DNA of 64,000 bases from Eledone cirrhosa (Eukaryota): assembly GCA_964016885.1 (NCBI GenBank), contig OZ024744.1, forward strand, positions 33,170,001 through 33,234,000, written 5' to 3'. This document shows, one piece after another, positions 11,673 to 25,909 of the stretch (the stretch's first letter is position 1; each line of letters starts with the position of its first letter). Made by a program: the position numbers and the translations under genes. The notes beneath the pieces are model-generated. The model did not search any database. It was not told where the DNA came from and worked only from the letters and a program-made list of their open reading frames with translations.

Positions 11673-13592
11673 TTCTCTCTCTTCATTTTGAGTTTATTTT
11701 TGACCCGCCACTTTCCTGGTGGCAAGGTTATAAAGAAAAAGAAATTGTCGTCGTCTCTTGTGTAATTGTTCGTCATTTGAATCGTAAGAATGTTTTACAT
11801 ATTTTGAAGTTTCTAGATATAGTAGCCATATGTAGCTTATGAATTAAGGAGTGATGTTCTTTTCCACAAATCCAACTTGAGTTATAGTTTAGTGTAAGCG
11901 GGTTGGTATATAACCTGTAGCTCCAGTAATGATGGGTATGAAGCTGAAGGTGTATTGTGGATACTGGATCTGCAAACTCCTCATCAACGTTCCCTAGATG
12001 TCATCTTTCTCTTGTATTTTTCTTACAACGTTGACATCAAGTGCGCAGCTGAACTCTACAACAAAGCATGTTCAGTAAACAACAATATCAGGCCGGTTGT
12101 GGTTTAATTTAGTGGAAGTTTTTATTTTCAGGTTCCAAAAATAATCTTTTGAACCATCAATCTCAACGTGTTCTTTCCTATTTGATTTGGTAACGCATTC
12201 CAGATCATTCTAGCTATCACATTATGGGGAGGCAGTCAGGAAAAGACACTTTTCAAAGTTGGCAACAATGTTGCTAATATGTTTAGTCTTTGCATTGCAC
12301 TGCCTACATTTATTGTCGACTGATGATCTTCCTCTGTTGTACAGTATGTGGGGATTTCTTGTTCCTGGACTGCATGGAGATAGTCTTCAGGTGAGATGTT
12401 ATGAACCTGTTGGAACACCATGTCAGGTTTTTAGTATGGTTTATAGCCTATCCATATCACCATTGATGTTAAAGTTTCCAGTAACACCGGGAAGTTTGCG
12501 ATTTCTAACATCCATCTCACTTAGTTCTTGCAATGACCAGTTCACTAAATGTTGGTGTTAGGATTGGCACACATAAGTATTGTGCGCAATGTCTTTGTTG
12601 TACACTGACAATTCTGATGACCATATTTTCTTTACTCTCCTGAGGTATTCAGTTCAGGTTCTCTCCTTATTTATGGCTCCATCATATCTGATATTCTCAT
12701 CCTATAGCTGTCACCTGACTCTAGAGGTTGTGTCATCAAGCTGTTCATTTTTAGGTTTTCAGAGGAGGACCCAGCTTCTCCACGTTTTATTGCCAAAAAT
12801 GGACATTTGGACTCACCAAATCCGAGTGGTTTTTCATGTAGTTGATATTTGACCCATGACATTTCAGGTCATCGAGAAAAGATGGGAGATACTTTTGGAC
12901 CCACTTCCATGACCACTTTGTTTTGTGAGCAAGTATGATAGTGGGTTTAGTGAGAGGAAGAAGAGCAGCACTGATAAGGTATCACCCTGAAAGATGCCTT
13001 TCTGGTAGTGTATTGCTCTAAGGATCAAAGTGGTCTACCAATTCTTAGTCAGGCGTTCACAGCAGCTACTGTGGGACTTTGGCTAACGGTAAAAACCCTT
13101 AATAATCCACCCGTTACTATCAAAAACCTTCTGATAGTCCAGCCATACCACAGTCATGTTCCTGCGATTCTTTGCTGTTTTTTCCTGTATCATTTTATCT
13201 GTTTGAAGGTGATCTATGTAGCCCCACACCTCCTTATTTCCACCAGCTTGCTCAGGTGTTATAATGTTGTTGGTGGCACAATGATCCTACCAAAACAGAT
13301 TAAGGCAACCAGTGTATAATTTATACATGATGTTCTGGCAGGCTATTGGGCGGTAATTTTTAGCAAGGGAGGCCTGGCTATTTTGGGGATGAGGAGAGTA
13401 GCGGCAGTTGATAACCACTGGGGCACTTCTTGTGTGCCTTTCATGGTTTCTCTAAACAACCATAACAGATCTTGCCGATAGAAGGGGAAATTCTTCAGCC
13501 AGTAACCTGTTATGAGGTCTGGGCCTGGTGATTTCATATTCGACATTTTCTGTAGAGCTGTTTCCAGTATTGATCCATCTATGTCATATTGT
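11673..13592 (-). mobile_element. Degraded R4/Dong-like LINE, same family as 54325-56346
   Basis: KSPGPDLITGYWLK, FGESKC and YLHAVQEQE peptides; 3' end matches 56260-56346; (TGTA)n on both flanks. Confidence 0.85.
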
Positions 13593-14053
13593 TTGTATGT
13601 ATGTATACATAGAGGTTTGTATGTATGTTTGAATGTATGTACGTATGTATGTATGAGTGTACGTATGTATGTATATAAGACTGTATGTATGTGGATGGGA
13701 GGGGATTGTGTATGTTTGAAAATATATTTTTTTAAAAACATGCGCGTATTATATCTGTTTTCACTTAAAGTTTGTATCTTATCTGCTTATATATATATAT
13801 ATATATTGATATATATATATTGAAATAAATTATATGTATGTATATGTATGTATGTGTGTGTATGCATATATATATATATATATGTTTATGTATATATATA
13901 TATATATATATGTCTGTGTGTACACGTGTAGTTGCACGTGTGTTGTGTGTGGCGTGTGTATAATTTCTAGTATTTACACATATTGCACAAGTGTGAAACA
14001 GCAATAATAAACCTTACTTAGCGGTCTTTCATTAGAACTCATTACTTCCTTAC

Positions 14054-14614
<561 letters not shown>

Positions 14615-14671
14615 ATATATATATACACACACACATACATATACATATGCATGTATATATACATATGTATG

Positions 14672-14704
<33 letters not shown>

Positions 14705-14709
<5 letters not shown>

Positions 14710-14866
14710 AACAAGTATGACCCCGACGGCAAGCTCAAGCCGTCGAAACGGCTTGAGCTCTGCCGTCGGGATCATACTTGTTCCTATTACCCACTCTACT
14801 ACCCTAAGTATTGAGTACTTTGGTGCGTTATGGTCCATCTGTTTCCTTACCACATTTCCTTCGTTA
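14705..14866 (+). mobile_element. Short fold-back copy of the 1231 family
   Basis: ~38-bp inverted arms (14705-14743/14748-14788), GAAACGGC...GCCGTC hammerhead half and the same tail; in (TA)n. Confidence 0.75.
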
Positions 14867-15107
14867 TATATATATATATATCTACATAGATACATATGTA
14901 TATGTATGTGTGTGTATATATATATATGTATATATATATATATGTCTGTGTGTGTATATAAATATATATTTATATACACTGACACACAAACACATACACA
15001 CACTGTATATGTGTGTGTGTAAACAGCAATAACTGCGACAACAATTTCAACGAACAACAACTACAACACCAGCAACTACAATCAACAACAAAAACAGCAA
15101 CAACATC

Positions 15108-15286
15108 AAGAAGAAGAAGAAGAAGAAGAAGAAGAAGAAGAAGAAGAAGAAGAAGAAGAAGAAGAAGAAGAAGAAGAAGAAGAAGAAGAAGAAGAAGAAG
15201 AAGAAGAAGAAGAAGAAGAAGAAGAAGAAGAAGAAGAAGAAGAAGAAGAAGAAGAAGAAGAAGAAGAAGAAGAAGAAGAAGAAGAA
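15108..15286. repeat. (GAA)n microsatellite
   Basis: Pure array, directly visible. Confidence 0.97.
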
Positions 15287-15334
15287 TCGCAATAACAACA
15301 ACAGCTGTCGCAGGAATATTAAACAAAATATATA

Positions 15335-15382
<48 letters not shown>

Positions 15383-15560
15383 GAGGTTATATTTAATTTG
15401 TTGGGATTCAACAAGCTTAAACATTTTTATAACTGATATAAAGCACTCAACAGTTTAGTGGAGTAAATACACAGTATATTAATAAAAACTATCCAGGAAG
15501 CTCCAACCGTTAAGGTTGTCTTTTTTCCGGGTATGTCAATATTTATTTATAAAACAAATC

Positions 15561-15627
15561 TGTATTTTATCTGATGAAAGCGCACCATAATTTGCCTTGA
15601 TTGCCCTTGAAATAGATATAAATATAG
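15561..15627 (+). ncRNA. Degenerate type I hammerhead (relative of 26262)
   Basis: TATTTTAT-CTGATGA-AAGCGCA...TGCCCTT-GAAA-TAGATA-TA; stem I is imperfect. Confidence 0.5.
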
Positions 15628-15674
15628 TTTCCATTTATTAATATATTGTATATATATATATATATATATATAAG

Positions 15675-15725
15675 AGCTTTTACAGGACTAGAACTGTTTC
15701 ATTCGTGAGAAATCATCAGGGAGCT
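15675..15725 (-). ncRNA. Type I hammerhead, core intact, stem I weakened
   Basis: Minus strand: AGCTCC-CTGATGA-TTTCTCACGAAT-GAAA-CAG(TTCTAGTC)CTG-TA-AAAGCT. Confidence 0.6.
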
Positions 15726-16201
15726 GGCTGTCCAAGTTAGTAGTGTTATTTATATCTTTTCTTTCCTGGTGGTAGGAGAGTGTGGGTGTTTGGTGGGTGT
15801 AGGTCATTGGTTGAAGGATTTAAAGAAAAGGGAGTTCATTAAAAACTAATTAAAAAGCTAATTAAAAGCTATAGTATTAAAAAAGCAGGAAGAATACTGT
15901 AAACAAAATCATATTTGGAATACCAATCCTAGTTTATCACTTAGACTAACAATGCCTGCAAGACAGGTGTCTACAGGATGGGTGGGATTCAATGGTTTAA
16001 AGAAAAGGGAAATTCTTTAGAAGCTTATTCTTTAAAGCTGGAATAAGGGTGACAAAGGCAGAGAGGTTTCCATCAACAGATTCAAGTGTTGGGGGTGATT
16101 CCCCTTATTGTGAAGTTTCTCTTAATATATATATTCTAGGTGTCGACAAGCACATTCAAATACTCATATACATATATAAAATAATTACAACGGTGACATA
16201 A

Positions 16202-16251
16202 ACAGGTACTCAAGTTTCGTCGGGTTCTGGGCCCCAACTCGTTCAGCCTGT
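16202..16251 (-). ncRNA. Minimal type I hammerhead with one extra core nucleotide
   Basis: Minus strand: ACAGG-CTGAACGA-GTTGGG(GCCCAGAA)CCCGAC-GAAA-CTTGAG-TA-CCTGT. Confidence 0.65.
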
Positions 16252-16348
16252 CATGATGTGGTTCTGGAATGTAGAGAGCTTCTGAAGTGAACTTGTCCAA
16301 TTAAATTGGCTATATATATATATGTATATATATTTATATATATATATA

Positions 16349-16560
16349 TGTACATAACAAATGTAATATAGAACTGGCTTCTACAGGACTACCTCTGTTT
16401 CATTCGAAGGAAATCATCAAGGTTTTCCTGATGTTTTCCTTCGAATGAAATAGTTCTCTTCCTGTAGAAGCCAGATCTATATTAAATTTGTTATATACAC
16501 TCTACTAAAATCTTGATTTCCTTACTTGCTGGGGTTATCACGCAATAAGGATTTATATCT
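16349..16560 (+). mobile_element. Fold-back element with two inverted degenerate hammerheads
   Basis: Arms 16349-16419/16429-16499. Plus strand: GGTTTTC-CTGATGT-TTTCCTTCGAAT-GAAA-TAG...CTG-TA-GAAGCC. Confidence 0.7.
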
Positions 16561-16574
16561 GTGGTTTTTCTCAC

Positions 16575-16819
16575 ATCTGATGTGCATCAGGTTGCCTGTG
16601 AACCTTCACAATACCATGGTGATCATGGTTCACTGGTACTTCAATTCAATGGAGACACCGATCGTTTCGAGAGATACACCAGGGCATTGCTTACGCACAT
16701 CCCGTTTGATCTTCTCGTGGTCTATGCGTCTGTCCTCAAAATTATGGACCCCATCATTCACCATTCCACGCCAAGTTTCTCTTTCAAGAGCTTCTATCTC
16801 CCAGTCAGCCATCATCAAA

Positions 16820-16820
<1 letters not shown>
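16575..16820 (-). mobile_element. RTE-clade LINE 3' fragment
   Basis: DWEIEALERETWRGMVNDGVHNFE resembles the RTE C-terminal W..A.DR..WR motif. Confidence 0.55.
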
Positions 16821-16859
<39 letters not shown>

Positions 16860-16944
16860 ATAACAACACAATCGGTACAGTATATGGAAAGAATATATAT
16901 GTATGTGTGTGTGTGTGTGTGTGTGTATAGTATATACATATGTT

Positions 16945-17137
16945 AATAATTGTTTCTACTTTTGGCACAAGGCCAGCAATAACCCAGTGCATTACTGGTA
17001 CTTTATTTTATCGACCCCGTAAGGATGAAAGGCAAAGTTAACCTCGGCGCGATTTGAACTCAGATCATACAGGGAAGTAACTCTATGCTTCAAAAGCATG
17101 GCGTCCGACCCTCTACCGATACTGCCAATCCACCGCC
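16945..17137 (-). mobile_element. tRNA-headed SINE (same family as 9654)
   Basis: Reverse complement of the 9654-9845 element. Confidence 0.85.
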
Positions 17138-17673
17138 AAAGTTTTACTGTGTATAGTGTGTATGTATATGAGTGTATACATACACATATGCGTATGAACC
17201 TAAATCTCTGATTTTCCAGAATTGAAATACATTGCGTAAGTTAAAGAATTAAATTAAAAAGATAAATAGAAATATTAAGTAGAGAGAAAAATGTAACAGA
17301 TAAATGGCTTACGTAAATACGGAAACAGATTTTTTTATATACACTCACTCACATATATACATACACACGCACAAACACACATATGTAAGTGGGGTTGTGC
17401 GTAGCTGTGCGGGTCTGTGCGCATGTGTGTATACATATGCGTTTGTAAATATATATATATATATATATATAAGCATGTATATATGTATATGTGTATATGT
17501 TTGCATCATACAAACACTCATACACACAACACACATACATATATATTTATGTGTATGTGTATGTGTATATACTGTACATTTGTTTGAATATATATATACA
17601 TATATATATATATATGAAAACGTTTGTGTAATATACAAACATATACGTATACGGATGTTTATATATACATATG

Positions 17674-18215
17674 ACAAGATGGCTGCAACTCGATTTCGAG
17701 TAATGCCATTGCTTGATACTTAAACATGAGCATCACGGACTTAGAATGTTAGTTCTACCAGGGACATGCCTATAGCCAGCAATACCATTCCTCGTTAAAA
17801 ATATCACATATCAAGGGATCCTGTGTTTGAAGCTCTTTTAAATGAGGAAAGGCTTTGCACGGGTCCAATACCACTCTCTGACCATCAAATACATTTACCC
17901 CAAAAAGAGGAACTGGTCTACATCATTGGATGTTAAAGAAGTCACAGGTTTTATATCAGAGTGACCTTCTCCTAGAGAGATGTCTTAATGAAGACTTGGT
18001 GTCTCTAGCTCCATAAACATACTTTATTGGATGTCCGATGACTCTCCTGAGTTTCTACGTTCTTTGACGGGTTTTGTTTTTCATACCACAGGGTGTCTAA
18101 AATCCTCCTCCTCACATAACCTGTTAGGTGAAGTTGCCGGTTTACTCACCGCCGACCCGACTACACGCAGGATATATTGGGTTACATGTTACCAGTAGCG
18201 TTGACCTGACATGAA
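17674..18215 (-). mobile_element. Non-coding repeat ending GCAGCCATCTTG; distal part resembles RTE-type 5' UTR sequence
   Basis: Shares 17674-17740 with 56589-56662 and 17820-17885 with 11385-11460. RTE resemblance is by recollection only. Confidence 0.5.
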
Positions 18216-18230
18216 TATATATATACATAC

Positions 18231-18276
<46 letters not shown>

Positions 18277-18949
18277 GAGAGAGGGAGAGAGTGTGTGTGT
18301 GTGCATACGCAAACAATGCATAAACAAAACGGAACATATTTTTATCACACCACGCACTCAATCTGACGGACACACGCACACATACACACAAACATACACA
18401 AACACATACACATACTTATACAGACGTGCAGTCAAATCATATATTCACCAAGATGCCCACACTATACTGTACTCACACATACACATAGACATACAGAACA
18501 ACCACACACACACAGACTCATGGACATACTTATCAAGCATGCACATACACATACACACATTGTTCAATTAGACGCCGGCAACATACGCATGCATGCACAA
18601 ATACATACACCACACTACACACACGTAAATACGAACACTCGCACATGTACATACAGATACTCACAATCACACACAAAAACACATATGTATACGCACATGT
18701 ATGCACACATGTACACAAGCACAACGAAACACACACAAAGACATACACACACACCCACACACACACAAAAACACAAACACAATGACACGTATATACATAA
18801 GGGTCACCATATTGATATATGACGTCTCTTGGCCATCTTAAGCCTGGCGGAACCCATCCCTCTCAAAGCCTGAGTAGATTTCTTCCAGAGAAAGATAGAA
18901 AGTGAGGGAGAGGAAATGACAAAGAGATATAGAGGAAGAATCAACCCTA

Positions 18950-19098
18950 GTACTAGACTGGTACTTTTCTTATCGACCTCAAAAGGATGAAGTGCAAAGT
19001 CGACCTCGGTGGGATTTGACGTCTGAGAGTAGAGAGCCGGGACCAATACCATAAAGTATTCTAGCTGACGTTCTAACGACTCTGACAATTGGCCGCCT
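18950..19098 (-). mobile_element. Diverged tRNA-headed SINE
   Basis: CTGGTACTTTTTTATCGACC...GGATGAAGTGCAAAGTCGACCTCGGTGGGATTTGA...CCGCC. Confidence 0.65.
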
Positions 19099-19222
19099 GA
19101 CACGTATATAAATATCGTTAAAAAATAATTTAATCCCTTTTCTATTTTATCTATTTTATTGCATCTATTTCCTGCGTAATTTTATTCGTCACGGAGATTT
19201 TATTCATTGTAATATTTCTGTT

Positions 19223-19270
19223 GATATAAGCGACGTTTCTGTGGCCATCTGGTCTTATCTTCAGGTTATC
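19223..19270 (-). ncRNA. Degenerate minimal hammerhead (GAAACGTC type)
   Basis: Minus strand: GATAAC-CTGAAGA-TAAGACCAGATGGCCACA-GAAA-C-GTC-GCTTAT; stems I and II have mismatches. Confidence 0.5.
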
Positions 19271-19524
19271 AAGGATTAACATAAACCTTCAGAAACATTA
19301 TGTACACCATTCATTTCAGTTTTTGTTTTTTTTCATTTTCATTTTCATTTACATTTTCATTTCAGCTATTATGAATTTGAACGACTTCCGTCCGTCCGTC
19401 ACACTGTGTGTATTTGTGTGAATGTTTGTAAGTGTATCTGTGTTTGCACGTTTATATTTATATAATCATACATATAATTGTTTGCATATGTACATACACA
19501 CACGCACACATATATATATAACAA

Positions 19525-19742
19525 CATTATTTCTATTTTAGGCACAATGCCACCCATTTGTGGGGAGAGGAAAGCCGATTATATCGACACCAAAACTTGA
19601 CTGGTACTTTATTTTATCGTCCATGGAACTGTGAAAGGTAAAGTTAACCTCAACAGGGTAATAAGAGCGTAATAAATAGCTGTAACCAAATACCATTCAA
19701 CATTTTGTACGGCGCTCTACCGATTCTGTGAACACAGTCACC
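19525..19742 (-). mobile_element. Old diverged SINE copy
   Basis: CTGGTACTTTATTTTATCG...GAAAGGTAAAGTTAACCTC motif. Confidence 0.55.
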
Positions 19743-19924
19743 ACACAGGCTCCGGAATATAGTAGCAATAACATGGAATTGCTAAACATAACAAGAGAAT
19801 CAATTACAATAACATTAACAACCAATCACAAGAGAGACCTCAAGTGATACAGTTGATGATAGGAGCTAGTACTGTGAAACACATTGTTTAAATGAAACGG
19901 TACATTAACGAGAGAGAGAGAGAG

Positions 19925-20056
<132 letters not shown>

Positions 20057-20197
20057 AGAGAGAGACAGAGTTAGGGGGAGAGAGAGTAAATGTCAGCTAT
20101 AGGCCTATTTTATGACATATATATATATATATTGATAACAGGGTGCATATATATATATATATATATATATATTGATAACAGGGTGCATATATATTTG

Positions 20198-20228
<31 letters not shown>

Positions 20229-20364
20229 ATATACATATATATATATGCCTCCTGTTATCAATATATATATATGACCCCTGTTATCAATATATATATGTAT
20301 ATATGTATGTGTGTGTGCCTGTGTATGTATATGAGTACATACGCACGTGCACTCACACATATAC

Positions 20365-20473
<109 letters not shown>

Positions 20474-20819
20474 AAATAAATAAATAATTAACTGACAGTT
20501 TAAGACCACTATGAATGACAGACAGCAAGACATATTTTTAAACAGTCAGGGTACGGATTTCCAAAGGGTTTTTAATGGCGTTTTACTTCTTTATTCTTTT
20601 TCCTCGTTATAACCCGTGCGATGTCATTGCCTTTCCCTAGTGATGGTGGTGGAAGTGGGCTGTGTGTTGTGTTGTGGGTTGGTGGTGTTTGTATTAGTGG
20701 TTGTTGTGGTAATGTGAGTGTATGTAGGGGTGTCTGCAAATATTCATATAATCCGAAAAGGAAAGTCACAAGCAATTTTTTTCTCAAAACATTTAATTGA
20801 GTTGTCTATATCTATCTGT

Positions 20820-23800
20820 CTACATCAACACTAACACAAACACCAATAATATGCAACATATAAACAACACCAACCAGAACAACAACAACAACAATAAGAC
20901 AACAAAAACAACAAGAACAACAGCAACAAAGATAACAAGAACACCATCAACAACAACAGCAACACGAACAACTCCACGAACAAGGAAAAGATTTCTTTTG
21001 CCCAAACTGCGAAAAAAAAAACCTTGAATACCTGCCAGTAGACATAAGCAACGCTGAGGAGCTACTGGCAGAAGCCAAAAAATACATAGTATACGCGGAA
21101 AATGGATCATTTTCGATCCCCAACACCCCCACCACCCCACCCCCGGAACTAAAAAGTCAGAGACTCCTAAACACAGTGATGATTAGGACAGTGTTAAATA
21201 AAATGAAAAGACCAGCGCAACCATCACAGAGTGAGATAGAGCTGGTTTTAAAAGAAGGACACAAAAAATAAAAAACCACACCATCCTGCCGATTATGGAC
21301 ATATGGTGGGTTTTGAAAGGTTTCCTGAACCTGGATGATGACACGCTGGTGTCCATGGGAAAGGCATCGGGTGACGCGTTCAGTGGAACGAGCCTCAAAC
21401 TTGTAGTTCAAATGAGGCCCGAAAGGATCCCCCAGATCCCTGAACGCGTCATACTGGATGATCAAACTTTCATCAACATTACCGTTGAGGGTAGGCGGCC
21501 CTCGTGTTACCTCTGTGGAACCAGAGGTCACCTGAGGGCTGTCTGTCCCCAACTTAATAAGAAAACCCCAATCCTGCCTACACCACCAACAACTGCACAA
21601 CCAACACAACCACCACAACCACCACTAAAAAAACAACAACCACAGCTCAAACCAAAACAAAACAATGTCCAACCCTTCCCCCCCACTAAAAAAAAAACAA
21701 TTCCCAAAACACCCGCACCGCAAACACAACCCGAAAACATACCCCTCCCCTCCAACGCGGAAGATGACCCTCGTTCGTCGTCAGACGAGGAGGAGCACTT
21801 CCACAGAATCAAAAGAAAAAAAAGAAAACACACCTTAGACACACAAATGAAAACAACCCCTCCCCAAAACATAACACTGACACCAACACAAAAGAGTACA
21901 CAACAACAGCAAACAAAAAACACCACACAAAAACAAAAACATGCATACACATACATAAACACAAGAAACAAAAAAATGTTAAACATTGTGTACAACAACA
22001 GACTTGTCTCCCGATCTCTTCGAGGCGGTCTACTGCAACTGGCAACAGAACGGGAGAATTCCCTGTACTGTGACCAAGGGCGTAGTCACGCTAGTGAGGA
22101 AGGACGAGAACAAGGAGGACAATATAAATAATTTCAGGCCCATAACTCTGCTAAATACAGAGTTACAGATTTTGGCCAATGTGCTAGCAAAGAGGTTGGC
22201 GCTTGTCGTGGGCAATCTGGTGGGAGATGCGCCGACATGTGCTATCCCGTCCAGGTCCATCCAAGACAACCTCCACCTCATGCGATACATCATAGAGAGG
22301 GTTGGGAACGAACCCGGCTTTGGTGGGGCCCTGATCAACTTGGATCAATCTAAGGCGTTTGATAGGGTCGACCATGGTTACCTGGATGCGGTGCTAGCGG
22401 CGGCAGGCTTCGGACCCGTTTTCAAGGGCTGGATCAATGACATGCGCAGCAGCCGCATCTGCTCGATGGTCAAGGTGAACGGCTACCTCTCGGAGCCGTT
22501 CGAAATCGCGCGGTCCATCCGACAGGGGTGCCCTCTCTCCTCCCTTCTGTATGTAGTGACTCTAGAGCCACTGCTGCGGAAGATGGAGTTGTTGCAGGGC
22601 ATCCCTTTGGAACCGGGATTGCGGAAAGCGGTGTCGGCCTACGCCGATGACGTAACAGTAATGGTGTCGACGGCCTCCGAAATCGGGGCGATCGGCACCT
22701 TACTGGAGGAGTACGAAAGGTTTATAGGGGCTAAGCTGAACCGAGTCAAGTCGATCGGTCTGCAACTCGGCACGTGGAGGAGCAAACCGATGCCCTCCGA
22801 TGGCGTCGTCGGGCGCTGGACGGAGGGCCCGGTGAAGTAGCTCGGGGTCTGGTTCGGACCAGACCTCCAGGTGGAGAAGAACTGGGGTGAAGTAACGAAC
22901 AGGGTGTTTGCACTGACCCAGAAGTGGGCCGAGTGCAAACTGTCCCTGAAAGGACGGGCGGAGGTGGCGAACACTTATATAGCGTCCGTCATCTACTTCC
23001 GCCTGACCGTTGTGCCTTGCCCAAGGCAAACGATCGCCAAAATGGAGCGCGCACTCTTCCATTTCCTTTGGAAGAAGCGGGCTCCTATGGTGAGGAGATC
23101 CATCTGCTGTCAACACCCTTCGAAAGGAGGGCTGGGGAAGCCGTGGCTAATGATACGTAAACACGCATTAAGGCTACGGCACCTCCAGGTATTCCTCACC
23201 GGTCAAGCGGTGTGGGCCCCGTTTGTGAGGCGAGCCTTTCCCAGACTCGTCTCACTCACCGAGCTGCAATCCTGGGTCAAGCAAAGACCGAGAAAACTGG
23301 GCGCCTGGCACACCGAGTGTGCCCAGGCGCTCACGGCTCTCTGGCAGGCGGACCCGGCTGTCAGTAGAGAATCCACCTCGTCATTCTATAGAGGGCTGGT
23401 GGTTAGCAGGTGCGACGACGCCCGCGGAGAAGCCCTAGGCATGGAGGAAGACGAACTGGCCAACCTGTTCGGTAGGACATTCAGCCCAGGACCCATGGAT
23501 AACTTCCAGAAGTCCCTGGCCTGGCAGTGCTACCGAGGGGCTCTGCTCGTTCGAGAAAGGCTCTACAGACACGGGCGCCCGAGTAGGGACCTCTCGAAAA
23601 AGATCTGTCCCAGATTCGTGTGCGACGAGAAAACCGTTGCACACGCATTGGTACACTGCTCGGGCATTGCCGATCTGTGGGGCTAAGTCGAACAATTGCT
23701 GTCAAGGGTGGGACCGATCCGGTTGACCACCGAGTCTATTGTAACGATCAAGCCTCCTCCCCTCTTCAAAAACGAAGGAGAGGCGGTGTTTCTGTGCGTA

Positions 23801-24296
23801 ATAGCCATGGCGAAAGAGGTTGTATGGTGGACGCGTCTGAAAGGACTGAGGTCAAACACCTTTCTCTCTGGCCAACAACTAGTCCGTTTCTTCCGATATC
23901 ATTTCGCAAGAAAGATCAGGAGGGAGAGAGAGGTGCTGCACCCCAGCCGTTTTTATGAAAGATGGGTGAAAGTGGCGAGAATGGCCTTAGTGAATGGGCC
24001 TTCACTCTACATCAGACTATAGGTGAGGAAGATGAAAGACCAAGGAAACACCCCCTCTCTGTGCTCCTGAGGAGAAGGATTCCACACCTTTTTTCGGGGT
24101 GGGGGGTGCGACCCCCCAAGGCGCCTCCTCCCTATTGAGGATTTTGTTACAAAATTTATTTTGTTATATTTTATTTTATTTTTATACTTTAATATCTTGT
24201 TATTGCTTCCTCCATATTGAGGACGCCTTTGCATGTAAACTCCCCCTTTGTACTTCTCCCACTTTTGATGCCCTGGTGGCAAATAAAAAGAAAGTT
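20820..24296 (+). mobile_element. Tx1-clade LINE copy C: partial ORF1 fused by internal deletion to RT and 3' end
   Basis: Zinc knuckle CYLCGTRGHLRAVC in 21295-22131. Junction at ~22000 skips APE (~1.8 kb relative to copy F). RT 21986-22840 with YADD and in-frame stops. TATC-like flanks. Confidence 0.92.
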
Positions 24297-24346
24297 CTCT
24301 ATCAATCTATCTATCAATCTATCTATCTATCTATCAATCTATCAAA

Positions 24347-24855
24347 CCTCCACCCTCCTTCAAAAACGAAGGAGAGGCGGTTTTCCTCTGTGTTATGGCT
24401 ATGGTGAAAGAGGTTATATTTTGGAAGAGGCTGAAAGGACTGAGGTCAGACACCTTTCTCTCCGGCGAACAACTGGTTCGCTTCTTCAAATATCATTTTG
24501 GCAGACGAATCAGAGTGGAGAGAGAGAGGTGCTACACCCCAGCAAATTTTACGAAAGGTGGGTGAATGTGGCAAGAATGGCCCGAGTGTTTGGGCCTTCT
24601 CTCTATATAAACCTGTAGGTTGAGGAAAAAGAGGAAGAGAGGAAAAGAGCGCTCGCTCTTCGTGCTCCTGGAGATGAGGGTTGTACATTTTTTCGGGGTG
24701 AGTACAACCCATGTGTAACGCATCCCCCCTATTGGGGATTTCAAATGTTACTTGTTATTTATTTTTTAGTTCTATTTTTATACGCTAGTATGTAAACACC
24801 CCACTTTGTATTTGTATTTGTCGCCATCTTTTGTGCCCCTGTGGCAAATAAAGAA
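24347..24855 (+). mobile_element. Tx1-clade LINE copy D, 3' fragment
   Basis: EREVLHPSKFYERWVNVARMARVFGPSLYINL; ends AATAAAGAAA-TCTATCTATC; preceded by the (TATC)n tail of copy C. Confidence 0.9.
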
Positions 24856-24905
24856 ATCTATCTATCTAACTATCTATTTATCTCTCTCCTTCTTTCTCTC
24901 TCCCC

Positions 24906-24968
<63 letters not shown>

Positions 24969-25192
24969 TATATATCCTTTCTCACATATATGTCTGCACT
25001 TTTTGAGGTCTAGTCCATCCAAGGGGCACCCAAACAGTTTCTGCCTACACAGTTTCATTGAAAGGCATGTGTTGACTCTAGTCTTAGATGTCCCACAGTG
25101 GGACCAAACCCAGGCCATATGATTGTTAAGAGAACTTATTTACCATTCGGCCATGTTGCATCAACACTAATCATGTAAAACCTATAAACATA

Positions 25193-25377
25193 TAATTGTT
25201 TCTACTGTTGGCACAAGGCCAGCAATTACTCAGTACATTACTGGTATTTTATTTTATCGACCCCGTAAGGATGAAACGCAAAGTTAACCTCGGCGGGATT
25301 TGAACTCAGAATGGCAAGGGCCGTAACTCTATACGTCAAAGCATGGCGTCCGACCCTCTACCGACACTGCCAATCCA
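25193..25377 (-). mobile_element. tRNA-headed SINE (family of 9654)
   Basis: Reverse complement match including the B-box (GGATTTGAAC). Confidence 0.85.
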
Positions 25378-25717
25378 TAAACATATAATAATAAATAAAA
25401 GTCGTAGATATGGGAGCAGTGGAGGCGGAATGATTATTGGTAAGGGCGTTGGAGTTCAATTCCGGAGCTGGGTTATGTGTTGTGTTTTTGAGTTAAAACA
25501 CTTTTACGTTGCCCCAGCAATAGCTGAAGGGTTAACTCTGCGATGGACTGGTGTCCTCTCCAGGAGGTTGTCATGGACTCTCAGTCACTTATCGCCACGA
25601 AACAGGGGTAAACTCATGGCTTGAGACAGAATTTAGAAAAGAATTTAAAATAGAAAAGGGAACAACCATTGTTATCTTGAGGTTGTTAGAGGGTTAGTGT
25701 TTCAAACTCAATATAAA

Positions 25718-25909
25718 ATAATTGTTTCTACTTCTGGCACAAGGCCAGCAATTATCCCAGTGTATTACTCGTACTTTATTTTATCGATCCCGTGAGGATG
25801 AAAGGCAAAGTTAACCTCGTCGGGATTTGAACTCAGATCGTAAAGGGCCGTAACTCTTTGGTGTAAAGCATGGCGTCCGACCCACTATCGATACTGACAA
25901 TCCACCGCC
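25718..25909 (-). mobile_element. tRNA-headed SINE (family of 9654)
   Basis: Reverse complement match, ends CCACCGCC. Confidence 0.85.

Noticed and set aside
18120-18215. Possible HDV-like ribozyme on the minus strand (TATA-TCCTGCG-TGTA resembles P3/L3)
   Set aside because: P1 and P2 could not be paired convincingly by eye; needs a family consensus.
20115-20290. Possible CRISPR-like repeat-spacer pattern
   Set aside because: Spacers are (TA)n, orientations are mixed, the context is eukaryotic and there are no cas genes.
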